Origin: a virus
Taxonomy: Duplodnaviria > Caudoviricetes
IMG/VR virus record: IMGVR_UViG_3300028886_000066
Location: 1 to 64,000 of that record
DNA length: 64,000 bases
Direction: 5' to 3' (one strand)
Shown here: piece by piece, positions 39,630 to 48,798 of the stretch
How positions within the stretch are numbered: position 1 is the stretch's first letter
How the letters are laid out: every line of letters begins with the position of its first letter
Program-made: the position numbers and the translations under genes
The notes under the pieces: generated by a model
The model's input: the letters and a program-made list of their open reading frames with translations, nothing else
Databases searched by the model: none
What the model was told of the DNA's origin: nothing

Positions 39630-41330
39630 TTACGCCACCATTGACGTTTTCGGTGACGCGCACAGGATAACGTCGATGACATTGCATACTGAGCCGTCGG
39701 AGAGAGACACGACACCGTTCTCGATGCGCTCGATAGAAACGCCCGTGGAGAGGCTGACGAAATCGGCGAACCAGTCAGGGAGCGTACACTTGCGCTTGTC
39801 GGTAGGCAGCAGCAGCTCGGAAGAGACGTAGCAGAAGAGCCATCCCTTCAAGCGGATGAACGCCGTTCGCTTGCGCAGAGAAACTACTTTGACGATGCAG
39901 TCGTAGCCAGACGTCGTTTGCAGGATAGCAAAGTCGCCTGCATGGACACCATGAGAGTTGGCATCGACTTGCGGATTGTCTTCGTCAGAGACGTTCTCCA
40001 TGTCAATCTGCTGCATAGCGTCGAAGCGTCGGACGGTCTGAGCGTTACGCAGTTGTTCGCGTATCTCGGACTGAGAGCCGTACTTCAGGAACTCGCAGAC
40101 TTCACAGATAATGTCGGCCTTTGACTTGACTGAGCCGCCACCGAACATATCGCACATTCCAGATGAAGCGGATGACGCCTCGTTGTTGTAGAGGATGAAG
40201 ATACGCTTGAGCGTGTTCGTCTTCGCGCTGTTGATTGCATCGGCGAGAGCCTTGACGATAGGATTGGTGAAGTCGGCCACCGTCGATTCCTGATTGTCGA
40301 AAGCGAGATTGCTCTGACGAGAGAAACCAGACACAACCTGACCAAAGGCGATTCCCGTAGCGAGCGCGTGATAGCAGAGGTGGATGGCCTCGGCCATTTC
40401 GGACTCCAAAGAATACTCGTCGAGACTGATGTTCGTTGAAATCTCGGAGAGAGCCGTGATGATGTTCAGGCGCATACCAGCGAACTTGTTAATCTGACGG
40501 ACTGCATCGGGATTCTTCTGGAAAGCCTTGCCGATAAGCACGTTCTCCAGAATCTCCTTTGCCTTTGCGGAGATACGCTCGTTGCTTGCGCCGTCGAACA
40601 TTTCGGACATCTTCATCCCCGTGATGACCTTTGAGCGAATCAGCTCGGTCACGGCCTCGGATGAGGCTTTCTGACTGGAGTAGAACTCGGCGATAGTGTC
40701 AAAAGTATTGATAGAGCGGATGAGGCGTCGGAACGTCTCGTCGCTGACTTTCTTTCCCATTGACACGGCATCTTCGGTCTTGGACATTCCCTTTTTCTCG
40801 TCCTGATTGAACGCGGCGAAGATTTCCGTAGTGTACGGATATTCATCGTCGGCGACAAGGCAGATGCGCGGATGAGAGAATGACTTGACTTGCTCTTCGG
40901 TGAATCCGTACTTGTTGGGAAATTCTTGCAGGTAGCTAATGTACGCCTTGTCGGTGTCGTAGCGTGCTGCAATTATTCCCGCCATTGTACGTCCGTTACC
41001 AGAGAGGACGATTCCGTCCTTTGAGACGATTGGCGGTATTGTGAGAGCCTGCTCGTCGTAGTTGTCGGCTATTGAGCGCGTGACGGTCTGAGCGAACGTG
41101 TCGCGCTCGTAGTCTCGGTCGTTTACTGTCTGCCCGTTGGAATCGGTTGGGAATCCATCGGACTTGCAGAACGAGTCGAACGGATCGTGACTCGGAGTCA
41201 CTGCGCCCGATTCAGCCAGCAGGTAGCGTCCCTTGACTTTCAGTCCTGACGGCGTAGCGATTTTGTCGGCGTAGCCGTAGAGTTTCCGTGCATCGTCGAA
41301 GCGTTTGCGGATGAGTTGTAAGTTTTCCAT
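39630..41330 (-). CDS. ddrB-like ParB-superfamily domain protein
   Basis: PSHDP, NDRDY, PPIV..DG.VLSGNGRTMA; start at MENLQL where the conserved upstream motif lies. Confidence 0.75.
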   Translation of the reverse strand: MENLQLIRKRFDDARKLYGYADKIATPSGLKVKGRYLLAESGAVTPSHDPFDSFCKSDGFPTDSNGQTVNDRDYERDTFAQTVTRSIADNYDEQALTIPPIVSKDGIVLSGNGRTMAGIIAARYDTDKAYISYLQEFPNKYGFTEEQVKSFSHPRICLVADDEYPYTTEIFAAFNQDEKKGMSKTEDAVSMGKKVSDETFRRLIRSINTFDTIAEFYSSQKASSEAVTELIRSKVITGMKMSEMFDGASNERISAKAKEILENVLIGKAFQKNPDAVRQINKFAGMRLNIITALSEISTNISLDEYSLESEMAEAIHLCYHALATGIAFGQVVSGFSRQSNLAFDNQESTVADFTNPIVKALADAINSAKTNTLKRIFILYNNEASSASSGMCDMFGGGSVKSKADIICEVCEFLKYGSQSEIREQLRNAQTVRRFDAMQQIDMENVSDEDNPQVDANSHGVHAGDFAILQTTSGYDCIVKVVSLRKRTAFIRLKGWLFCYVSSELLLPTDKRKCTLPDWFADFVSLSTGVSIERIENGVVSLSDGSVCNVIDVILCASPKTSMVA

Positions 41331-41396
41331 AATCTTGAGTTTTAGTGATACATAAATTGTACGCACAGGTTGTTTTCGCAGCCCATGCGCTTTGTG

Positions 41397-41579
41397 TCAG
41401 TCTTCAGTGAAGGCATTTGCTTTCTTGAATACTTCGTAGACTCTGTTCTTTGCCTCGGCAATAGCCTCGCAAGCATCTGCATCGGAAACGAGTTTTGTAG
41501 CGTCGTTGTAACGCTCCATTTCGTGCAGGAGTGCAGTCACGATGATGTCGATTTCCTGCTTGTTGAATGTCTCTTTCAT
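41397..41579 (-). CDS. Small early-array protein
   Basis: 60 aa. Confidence 0.65.
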   Translation of the reverse strand: MKETFNKQEIDIIVTALLHEMERYNDATKLVSDADACEAIAEAKNRVYEVFKKANAFTED

Positions 41580-41834
41580 AATTCGTACTTAAATTGAGTT
41601 AAACTTTAGGTGAATTGTTTTTGTAGTTGCAAAAATATTCCTACTTTTGCAACCGAAAACCATGTGGGAGGTGTGCAAGACCTCCCTTTGGACTTACCGA
41701 AGCGAAACGGCCAACGTAACGCTGACGTGCCAAATTCTAATCGAAATGCTGAATCTCATAGAAACATGGTTTTTTATCCCTACACTTTACTATCTGGCTT
41801 TCGGGACTGCCAACCCGCTACACGTAACAGGATT

Positions 41835-42170
41835 TCATTCTGAGCGAACGAGACGTCTGACCTCGTCGTAGATTCGCAGCATATTGTCGATGGAGAGGAA
41901 GCAAGAACTGCCCCAGTACTCATCGTTGAACTGCGTGACGTAGAACTGGCTACCATTTCGGCTGTCCATGTAGGCAATACGGTCGGCAAGGATTGTCTCG
42001 CTTGTCTCGTTCTTGAAGTTGTGGAGAATCAGCGTATGACGAAACACGACATCCTGCCCGACTTCTGCTCCAAGCTGTTTCAGCAGCTCGATTGTCGATG
42101 TGGTTATTGACTCGCGGCACTCGGCTACGGCGTTGTTCACTCGCTTGTTTGTCTTAGTCTTGATTTTCAT
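41835..42170 (-). CDS. Early-array protein
   Basis: 111 aa, motif upstream. Confidence 0.7.
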   Translation of the reverse strand: MKIKTKTNKRVNNAVAECRESITTSTIELLKQLGAEVGQDVVFRHTLILHNFKNETSETILADRIAYMDSRNGSQFYVTQFNDEYWGSSCFLSIDNMLRIYDEVRRLVRSE

Positions 42171-42237
42171 AATTGTTGAGTTTTAATTGGTTAGACATAA
42201 ATTCGTGAGCCGCCCCGCGATTGGGCGTTTGCGGCTC

Positions 42238-42528
42238 TTAGAGAGACTTGTACTCTTCGTACTTTGTCTTCATACCAACAGGAGCGTAGACGTTCAGGGC
42301 GTAGTCTACAAGTGCTTCCTGCAAGTCCAAGTCAAGTTCAACAAAGAAATAGTTCATTACCGCATGACTTCCGTAATCGTCGTAGATTTGGTTAAACTTC
42401 CCTCTTAGATGGTTTTTGAGGTAGTTTTTTCCAGTCTTCTCGCAGATGTAGTTGATAAACTCTTCTGGATTCGGGTAGTTGTAGCCGAATTTCACAAAGA
42501 TGTGAACAAGTAGCATTTCTTTTCTCAT
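42238..42528 (-). CDS. Early-array protein
   Basis: 96 aa. Confidence 0.7.
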   Translation of the reverse strand: MRKEMLLVHIFVKFGYNYPNPEEFINYICEKTGKNYLKNHLRGKFNQIYDDYGSHAVMNYFFVELDLDLQEALVDYALNVYAPVGMKTKYEEYKSL

Positions 42529-42543
42529 AATCGTACTTTTGTT

Positions 42544-42702
42544 TTAGAGTTCAACTTCCTGTTCGATGTCCATAAGATAGCCCTCTTTTCCGCAATTCGG
42601 GAAAGCACAAGTGCCGTAATCGACGTACATTTCCGTCATGCAGCTGTTGCAGATGACGTGGTCTGGGCAGAAGTAGTTCACGTTGGAAAAATCTTTAATC
42701 AT
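42544..42702 (-). CDS. Small Zn-finger-like early-array protein
   Basis: 52 aa translated by hand (CNSC...CAFPNC), motif upstream. Confidence 0.65.
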   Translation of the reverse strand: MIKDFSNVNYFCPDHVICNSCMTEMYVDYGTCAFPNCGKEGYLMDIEQEVEL

Positions 42703-42777
42703 AATTGTTTGAGTTTTAAATTGTTAGACATAAAATTCGTACTCGGCAGGCAACTTTCGTGTCTGCCAAGCAGGGAG

Positions 42778-43026
42778 TTACGCTTCGATTTCGTCAAGCG
42801 TCAGTTCGATGGAATACTTTTCGAGCGCTTCAAACATCCATTTCTTACGGCGGTACTGTAACTCTGCCCAAGACTCGCGGTAGTCTTCATCTTTGTCGAG
42901 ACGGTTGGCTTCGCGACGAGCAATCAGATACTCGTTGATGTCGTTCAGGACTTCAGCCGTTTCCTCGAAGTCGAAGTCACGGCACATCATCTCGTTCAGG
43001 AGTTCGATAAGTGTCTGTTGTTTCAT
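42778..43026 (-). CDS. Acidic early-array protein
   Basis: 82 aa. Confidence 0.7.
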   Translation of the reverse strand: MKQQTLIELLNEMMCRDFDFEETAEVLNDINEYLIARREANRLDKDEDYRESWAELQYRRKKWMFEALEKYSIELTLDEIEA

Positions 43027-43304
43027 TCTTCCTCAAAGTTTAGGTAGAGATTCTGTCTTGCCATGTCGCAGTAATCAATGGAGCCAATCGGCTCGCACAA
43101 TTCCCAATCCATTTCCTCGTCGGTATGAAATTCTGGATTGCGACCTGAATAGATGCAGTTCACGTTTGAGCAGTTGAAAGCGGAAAGTGAGCCGTCGCTG
43201 GTGTCGTAGACAAATTCGATGCCCTTGTTTCTGGCTTCGCAGAGGACTGCGTTAAGTTTCTTCAAAACTTCGAGATGTTCGGTAGTTAATGCTTTTTGTT
43301 TCAT
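43023..43304 (-). CDS. Early-array protein
   Basis: Start MKQKAL with motif upstream. Confidence 0.7.
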   Translation of the reverse strand: MKQKALTTEHLEVLKKLNAVLCEARNKGIEFVYDTSDGSLSAFNCSNVNCIYSGRNPEFHTDEEMDWELCEPIGSIDYCDMARQNLYLNFEEE

Positions 43305-43459
43305 AATCATTTGAGTTTTTAAGGGTTAGACAATAAAAAGTGACGGCAATGAGTTTTTCGCTCAAAGCCGACTGCAAGTTTAGCATCACAAAGTCCACAC
43401 CTGAAATGAGGTGGATAGCGTGGGAGCTGGCAAAGCTGATTGCCTGCGCCCTGAAGAGT

Positions 43460-43690
43460 TTAGATGTTTGCTGTGCAGAAGAAATCGTCGTTCACAAAAC
43501 AAACGCCCTCGTAGTTCCTGAAAATCACGCAGTCAGGAACAATTTCGTCGGCGTTTGCTAAATCGAAATAGGACGGCTCGTTGTAGTCCACGTCTAAGAC
43601 TTCTGCAAACGTTCCCTCATCGGCGAGCTGTTCGAGATAGTTACATTTCAGCTCAGTCAGTTGTTCTCTTGTTAATTCTGTTACGTCCAT
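43460..43690 (-). CDS. Highly acidic early-array protein
   Basis: 76 aa. Confidence 0.7.
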   Translation of the reverse strand: MDVTELTREQLTELKCNYLEQLADEGTFAEVLDVDYNEPSYFDLANADEIVPDCVIFRNYEGVCFVNDDFFCTANI

Positions 43691-43693
43691 AAT

Positions 43694-43900
43694 TCATTTC
43701 AGATTAAGTTCACATTTGATTCCTAATTTCATACAGAGAAGTTCGTACTCGGCAAAGTACTTGTGGTCACGCAGGATTCCCTCTTCGATTTCATGTCTGA
43801 GAGTTTTTTCTGCCCGTTTGATTGCATCGACGTTGTGGTTGTTCTGCCAGAAGTCCCACAGATATTCGCCGATTGCGATTCTGATTTTGTCTAAGGTCAT
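43694..43900 (-). CDS. Early-array protein
   Basis: Start MTLDKI with motif upstream. Confidence 0.65.
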   Translation of the reverse strand: MTLDKIRIAIGEYLWDFWQNNHNVDAIKRAEKTLRHEIEEGILRDHKYFAEYELLCMKLGIKCELNLK

Positions 43901-43964
43901 AATCGTTTGAGTTTTAAGGTGAAACAATAAGTGCAATCGGTAACGTTTCCGCTACCGAAAGCGT

Positions 43965-44201
43965 TTAGAACTGGACTTGCGACACGAACCATTCTTCGCG
44001 GAATCCGTACTTTGCGGCGACTTGATTCCCTGTGCGTTGAACATTGCGAATGTCTCGGCGGTGTAGTCGTAGTCATCATCACAGAGGAAGACGAGGCGGG
44101 AATGTGAAAAACCATCGAAATCGATGGGTTTAAAGCCGTACTTCTTGCAGGTTTTCAAGAGCTGCTTCGAGTATTTTTAGGCAGTTCAACTACTATTTCA
44201 T
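43965..44201 (-). pseudogene. Frameshifted array cassette (restorable to MKIVVELPKKYSKQLLKTC...EEWFVSQVQF)
   Basis: ATG after the motif is followed by AAA TAG; three single-base insertions in homopolymer runs restore one ORF. Confidence 0.5.
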
Positions 44202-44213
44202 AGTCTCTGAGTT

Positions 44214-44447
44214 TTAATTGTTGATTAAATTCTTGATTTCTTCTTGTGTTTCGGTGACGCGGATTTCCTTATATTGGACTCCGTTGGTGTATTCGACTAA
44301 GGCGTAGGGATAGCCCCAATACTTCGCTTCGGATTCGTTTACATTCTCGAAACGGACGATGCAATCAGAGTTGAATGTCACCTTTGCGGTTTTCATCTCC
44401 TCTGTTGCGCCACTTGTAATAACTGTAAGGTCGATAAATTTTGCCAT
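44214..44447 (-). CDS. Early-array protein (FlbD-like pattern)
   Basis: FIDLT...FN.D.I..FE...V.ET.EEI. Confidence 0.7.
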   Translation of the reverse strand: MAKFIDLTVITSGATEEMKTAKVTFNSDCIVRFENVNESEAKYWGYPYALVEYTNGVQYKEIRVTETQEEIKNLINN

Positions 44448-44459
44448 AATCTTTGCGTT

Positions 44460-44690
44460 TTAATATTCAACTTTGATTCCACAACTTTTGATGATATTCT
44501 CCTGTGCTTTGTGTACGAAAGCAGGAGCGAAATAGCCATCAGTCCACATTATCAGTTCTCCGTGCATACCACGCTGATAACCGATGTAATGTGTTTCAAT
44601 AGCACCCGTGCTAAGCCCATGACTTTTTAGCACGTCAATAACTTTCTGTACGCACCCAGGGCGCGTTTCGAGATAATACAATTTGTTCAT
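44460..44690 (-). CDS. Early-array protein
   Basis: Start MNKLYY. Confidence 0.65.
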   Translation of the reverse strand: MNKLYYLETRPGCVQKVIDVLKSHGLSTGAIETHYIGYQRGMHGELIMWTDGYFAPAFVHKAQENIIKSCGIKVEY

Positions 44691-44745
44691 AATCTTAATG
44701 TTTTGAAATGTATAGTAAGCCACGCCGAAACTAATCCGTGTGACT

Positions 44746-44889
44746 TTAGTGGGGTAAAGTAACGTAAAGTGGCCAGACAATCAGATTACGCTCGTTCTTT
44801 ACGTCTTTAACGTAATACGTTCCGTTGTAGCAGTGTTCGCAAGTCGAAATTCGTCTTGCAATACAATCTTTGCAGCATTTGTACTTCAT
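44746..44889 (-). CDS. Small Cys-rich early-array protein
   Basis: MKYKCCKDC...CEHC with ATGA overlap. Confidence 0.5.
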   Translation of the reverse strand: MKYKCCKDCIARRISTCEHCYNGTYYVKDVKNERNLIVWPLYVTLPH

Positions 44890-45131
44890 AGTGCAGAAAA
44901 TTCCGTTGAAACATCTTTCCAGTCCGTAAACACCTTTGACACTTTGTCCCAATACTCTGTGCCGTTGTGTTTCCCCAGAGAAACCTCAATCGTGAAGAGG
45001 TGCATCGTCTTGAAATTTCCGTCATCGTAGATACGATAGGATTTTCCGTCCTTACCAGTCTTTCGCTCAATCTCTCTCGGAGCAAGCAGATAAGCCATTC
45101 TCTCAGCTTCGTTCTTGAAATTCTTTTTCAT
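44886..45131 (-). CDS. Early-array protein
   Basis: 81 aa, motif upstream. Confidence 0.7.
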   Translation of the reverse strand: MKKNFKNEAERMAYLLAPREIERKTGKDGKSYRIYDDGNFKTMHLFTIEVSLGKHNGTEYWDKVSKVFTDWKDVSTEFSAL

Positions 45132-45197
45132 AATCTTTTGAGTTTAGTGAAACAATAAATTTGTACCTTTGCGGAAAACCGATTCCGCAAAAGTAGT

Positions 45198-45356
45198 TCA
45201 GGAGATTCTTTCGAGACGTTTGTTTGCGCCTATCCAGTGATGCAGGACGGATGACGGCGATAAGTCTGCACTGTCGAACTCGTAGGTTTTCACTTCGTCG
45301 GTGTGGTCGTGGTTTTTCGCGGACATGGGATTGTAGGTGAGTCTGTATTTGGACAT
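45198..45356 (-). CDS. Small early-array protein
   Basis: 52 aa translated by hand (MSKYRLTY...). Confidence 0.5.
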   Translation of the reverse strand: MSKYRLTYNPMSAKNHDHTDEVKTYEFDSADLSPSSVLHHWIGANKRLERIS

Positions 45357-45360
45357 GGCC

Positions 45361-45573
45361 TTAGATATTTACGAAGTAGAGCCACGAATTAATCAGCGAA
45401 ATCTCGTCATCGTTGACTTTTTCAGAAAGTTCATCCAGAGTGAGGATGTCTGCCTCGTCATATCCGAAATTGGATGCAATGTTAGCGAGGTCGTACTTCT
45501 CTCTGTCGCTCATCTTTACCAACTCGTCACGATTGTAAGAGTCGGCGGAAAATAATAATGCGTAAGTTTTCAT
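45361..45573 (-). CDS. Acidic early-array protein
   Basis: 70 aa, motif upstream. Confidence 0.7.
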   Translation of the reverse strand: MKTYALLFSADSYNRDELVKMSDREKYDLANIASNFGYDEADILTLDELSEKVNDDEISLINSWLYFVNI

Positions 45574-45643
45574 AATTCTTTGAGTTTAATAAGTGAAACA
45601 TAAATTTGTAGAGTAGGGGAAACTAATCCCCAGACTCCGACGG

Positions 45644-45913
45644 CTACATCTTTTCGGGATTCCAGATGTCATCCTTTGTAGCCCATTTCTCAATCTTCTC
45701 GCCACAAACCATTGCGTGAACAAGGAAAAGAAGATTGCGCGTACTTGTAGAACTGCATTTCATCATGCAGAGTCCGACACCTCGTCTCAGGAAATACCAG
45801 AAATCAGGCTCATTTTCAGTTCCGCAATTATTGACGGTTGCGGTAATGAACACGTTTTTCTTTGCAGCGCACTTGATAGCGTTTGAAACCAAATTGTCAA
45901 TACAATACTTCAT
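45644..45913 (-). CDS. Early-array protein
   Basis: 89 aa, motif upstream. Confidence 0.7.
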   Translation of the reverse strand: MKYCIDNLVSNAIKCAAKKNVFITATVNNCGTENEPDFWYFLRRGVGLCMMKCSSTSTRNLLFLVHAMVCGEKIEKWATKDDIWNPEKM

Positions 45914-45970
45914 AATCTTTAGAGTTTAGTGAAACATTTGCGATGTTTGGGACATTTCTGCCCCAAACTT

Positions 45971-46204
45971 CTACGCAGCAATCTTTTCGCGCACCTTAGC
46001 GACTTTCTCAGGTGTATCGAACCAGCACCGACCGTCAATGCAGTAATACTGCAAATCATCTTGTGGAACGTGATAGACTTCAATCACTTTCTCGTCAGTT
46101 ACTTTCTCGGCAAACTGCTTAACTTCTTCTTCTGTCAAATCGTAGGTGTAAACAAGGCAGTTGTCGCCATTCTCGAAATTCACGAATAAATTCTTTACTT
46201 CCAT
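45971..46204 (-). CDS. Early-array protein
   Basis: Start MEVKNL with motif upstream. Confidence 0.7.
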   Translation of the reverse strand: MEVKNLFVNFENGDNCLVYTYDLTEEEVKQFAEKVTDEKVIEVYHVPQDDLQYYCIDGRCWFDTPEKVAKVREKIAA

Positions 46205-46271
46205 AATCTTTGAGTTTTTAAGTGAGACATAAAATTCGTACTTCGCAGGACATTCCAGCCCTGCAAAGCGG

Positions 46272-46610
46272 TTAGATACAAAAGTCCGATTCATACCCGC
46301 CTTTGTTGTCAGGCCACATCGGATAATTTGTAAGGATGAATCCAAGATGATAGAACGGGAACTTGAACTTTGCCACATTTGAGCCATCATCAAGCAATCC
46401 CAAAAGCGGCTTGACCATTTCCGTAGCCTTTTCGTCAATGTACTTTTCAGAATACCACCATGCCAGAGGCTCGTTTGCAAACATTGCACGCATTATATTC
46501 TTGATTGATTCTTTTATCTCATCAAGATTGTCACTGCTGGAAATGTTCAGAGAATGAGACTCTTGCGTGTGACAAGTGGTCAGGTACAGATAAAATGCTT
46601 TCTTTTCCAT
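46272..46610 (-). CDS. Early-array protein
   Basis: 112 aa, motif upstream. Confidence 0.7.
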   Translation of the reverse strand: MEKKAFYLYLTTCHTQESHSLNISSSDNLDEIKESIKNIMRAMFANEPLAWWYSEKYIDEKATEMVKPLLGLLDDGSNVAKFKFPFYHLGFILTNYPMWPDNKGGYESDFCI

Positions 46611-46676
46611 AATTTTTGAGTTTTAAAGTGAATACTAATTTTGTACTTCGCAGGAAAATTGATTCCTGCAAAGTGT

Positions 46677-46877
46677 TTACTTTCCGTAATTTGGATTCGG
46701 CACTCGCGTTTCAGTTATCCGCACTCTTGCACCTGCCTCACGATAGCCAGCAACGTCACGGCGAACGTCGGAATACTTTTCTTCTGGCTTAAAGTAAGAA
46801 CATTCGATTTCCCATCCGTAGCCGTAGTTTGTCCAGATATTCCATCCGTACAGATACTTGTTTTCTTTCTTTTTCAT
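46677..46877 (-). CDS. Early-array protein (NYGYGWE motif)
   Basis: 66 aa, motif upstream. Confidence 0.7.
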   Translation of the reverse strand: MKKKENKYLYGWNIWTNYGYGWEIECSYFKPEEKYSDVRRDVAGYREAGARVRITETRVPNPNYGK

Positions 46878-46941
46878 AATTCATAAAGTTTTAAAAGTGA
46901 AACATAAGCGACTCAGGGAAGAATTAACCTCCCCGAATCTT

Positions 46942-47343
46942 TCAATGAAGAGTCAAGCCTAAAAGTTCGTATGTCGTCATACCCATTTCGCGGATAGGCT
47001 CTGCGAGAATGGCATGATTCAGATGAGGACATTTTGTTGAGCCGATTTTTTCATCCTCTGCAATGAACTTTCCGACTTTGAGAAGAACCCATCTCTGATT
47101 TGTTTCGGGATAGACTCTTTTCATCGTGCAGAGCAATTCCGTAACGTCAACATAAACATCGAATTTAGAATACTCGTAAGCCAGATAAGTCTCACGGTCA
47201 ACTTGTTTGCCGATTTCTTTTTCGTACTCGTCAAAAAGAGCTTGATGTTTCTTCCAGCTGATTTTCCCGTTTTTGTCAAGAATACTTTTGCTGAAAATCT
47301 CGCCTTCCAGACTCTTGATTGTTGAATAATCATACTTTGCCAT
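46942..47343 (-). CDS. Early-array protein
   Basis: 133 aa, motif upstream. Confidence 0.7.
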   Translation of the reverse strand: MAKYDYSTIKSLEGEIFSKSILDKNGKISWKKHQALFDEYEKEIGKQVDRETYLAYEYSKFDVYVDVTELLCTMKRVYPETNQRWVLLKVGKFIAEDEKIGSTKCPHLNHAILAEPIREMGMTTYELLGLTLH

Positions 47344-47405
47344 AATTCAATGAGTTTTAAGTGAAACAATAGAATCAGTGGGCTAAACTGATAGCCCAGA
47401 GATTT

Positions 47406-47666
47406 TTAGAACCATCCAAGAAATCCCAAATAACGTGTGGACTTCCTTTTCTGACTTGCGTTTACTTTCGGGTTGATTGCGCCGTGAGTGTAGCCGTAAG
47501 TTTCTTTGCGGTAGATTGCATCCATTACAGCATAGACTTCTTTGTAGTCTTCAACTTTGCTTAGGTCGATTGCGTTACGCTTGAATAATTTGTTCAGATT
47601 GCACTCAACCGTTTCCCAAGAGACAAACTGCTCTTTGCACATCTCCAAAAATTTCTCTTTTTCCAT
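47406..47666 (-). CDS. Early-array protein
   Basis: 86 aa, motif upstream. Confidence 0.7.
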   Translation of the reverse strand: MEKEKFLEMCKEQFVSWETVECNLNKLFKRNAIDLSKVEDYKEVYAVMDAIYRKETYGYTHGAINPKVNASQKRKSTRYLGFLGWF

Positions 47667-47733
47667 AATTCAATGAGTTTAGATTGTTAGACAAATTTTG
47701 AACAATCGGGCAAAACTAATCGCCCGAAAGTTT

Positions 47734-48075
47734 TCAGCCGAAACGGTTCAGGTCGTAGGAAACAGAAACGAGACATTTGTTCAAATCTGTTACTACTTCC
47801 TCGAACTCGAATGTCTTCTTGACAAATTGCTGGTCGTACTTCATGATGATTTCCTTTGCAAGCGCAAAACTCTCTCTCTCGATATTCCCGTCTCTATGTC
47901 CAGAGTAAAGAGTGAATTTCTCATGCCAGATGTCTCCGTTGTTTGAAAGGAAAGTTTTCTCATCCCTTTCTGCAATACAAATCACACCATAGAAACCGTG
48001 AAAGAAGAAATAGTTCTTTCCAGTGAAGAGAATGTTGACTTCTCCACCAAATAATTCTGATTTAAAAAATTCCAT
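47734..48075 (-). CDS. Early-array protein
   Basis: 113 aa, motif upstream. Confidence 0.7.
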   Translation of the reverse strand: MEFFKSELFGGEVNILFTGKNYFFFHGFYGVICIAERDEKTFLSNNGDIWHEKFTLYSGHRDGNIERESFALAKEIIMKYDQQFVKKTFEFEEVVTDLNKCLVSVSYDLNRFG

Positions 48076-48148
48076 AATTCATAAAGTTTTAAAGATTAAA
48101 CATAAATTAGCCACCAGAGCGAAAATTAATCCGCTCCGATGAAAAGAT

Positions 48149-48448
48149 TCAGATGATTTCTTTCTTTATCATTTCAGCCAAAGCCAAAAGCGTAAAGCCA
48201 GCGTTTCCGTCGTAGGCCAAATCCTTGCGGCAGACGACATTGTGATAGAAAGCGTTTTCGAAAACATCTTCATTGCAACTCAGGCTTGCGCCGACGGCGG
48301 TACGGTACGGGTCAATCATGTAAGCGATGAGGTTTGCGCGTTTTCCTAAGATTCGGATGACTTCCTGTGTACGATTGCGGACGATTTCGATTGCATCATC
48401 AATCTGCTTGTCGGTGTAAAGGCGACGCTTTTCGATTTTCTTTTTCAT
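48149..48448 (-). CDS. Early-array protein
   Basis: Start MKKKIEK with motif upstream. Confidence 0.7.
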   Translation of the reverse strand: MKKKIEKRRLYTDKQIDDAIEIVRNRTQEVIRILGKRANLIAYMIDPYRTAVGASLSCNEDVFENAFYHNVVCRKDLAYDGNAGFTLLALAEMIKKEII

Positions 48449-48526
48449 AATTCTGTGAGTTTTTAAAGTGAAACATAAATCGTAGGCACGCCAACTTCTC
48501 AGCCAGCGCACCCGAAACATTATCCA

Positions 48527-48730
48527 TTATGAAACTACAATTCCAAACATTTCAATTCTCCGATTGATTTCCGCTTTTGCTTCTTTCAGAGTATCAGTAA
48601 TCATCGGAATCATATAACCACAGGAATAGATTTCGTACTGCTTTGCAGGAATCCATTTCGTACCGTCAAATTCAACTACTCTTTTTCGCTGAATTTCATA
48701 ACCTTTGTAGGTGTAAGTCTTTGTAATCAT
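48527..48730 (-). CDS. Early-array protein
   Basis: 67 aa, motif upstream. Confidence 0.7.
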   Translation of the reverse strand: MITKTYTYKGYEIQRKRVVEFDGTKWIPAKQYEIYSCGYMIPMITDTLKEAKAEINRRIEMFGIVVS

Positions 48731-48798
48731 AATCTTTTGAGTTTTAAGTGAATAATTCGCTCCCCGAAAATATTTCTCGTACTTTCGGGAAAATTGTG

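Noticed and set aside
42189-47693. Canonical integron attC sites (GTTAGAC matches GTTRRRY at several junctions)
   Set aside because: Only a minority of copies have it, it is not paired with an inverse core across the hairpin, and the 281-aa recombinase shows no obvious IntI-specific insertion; kept only as an analogy
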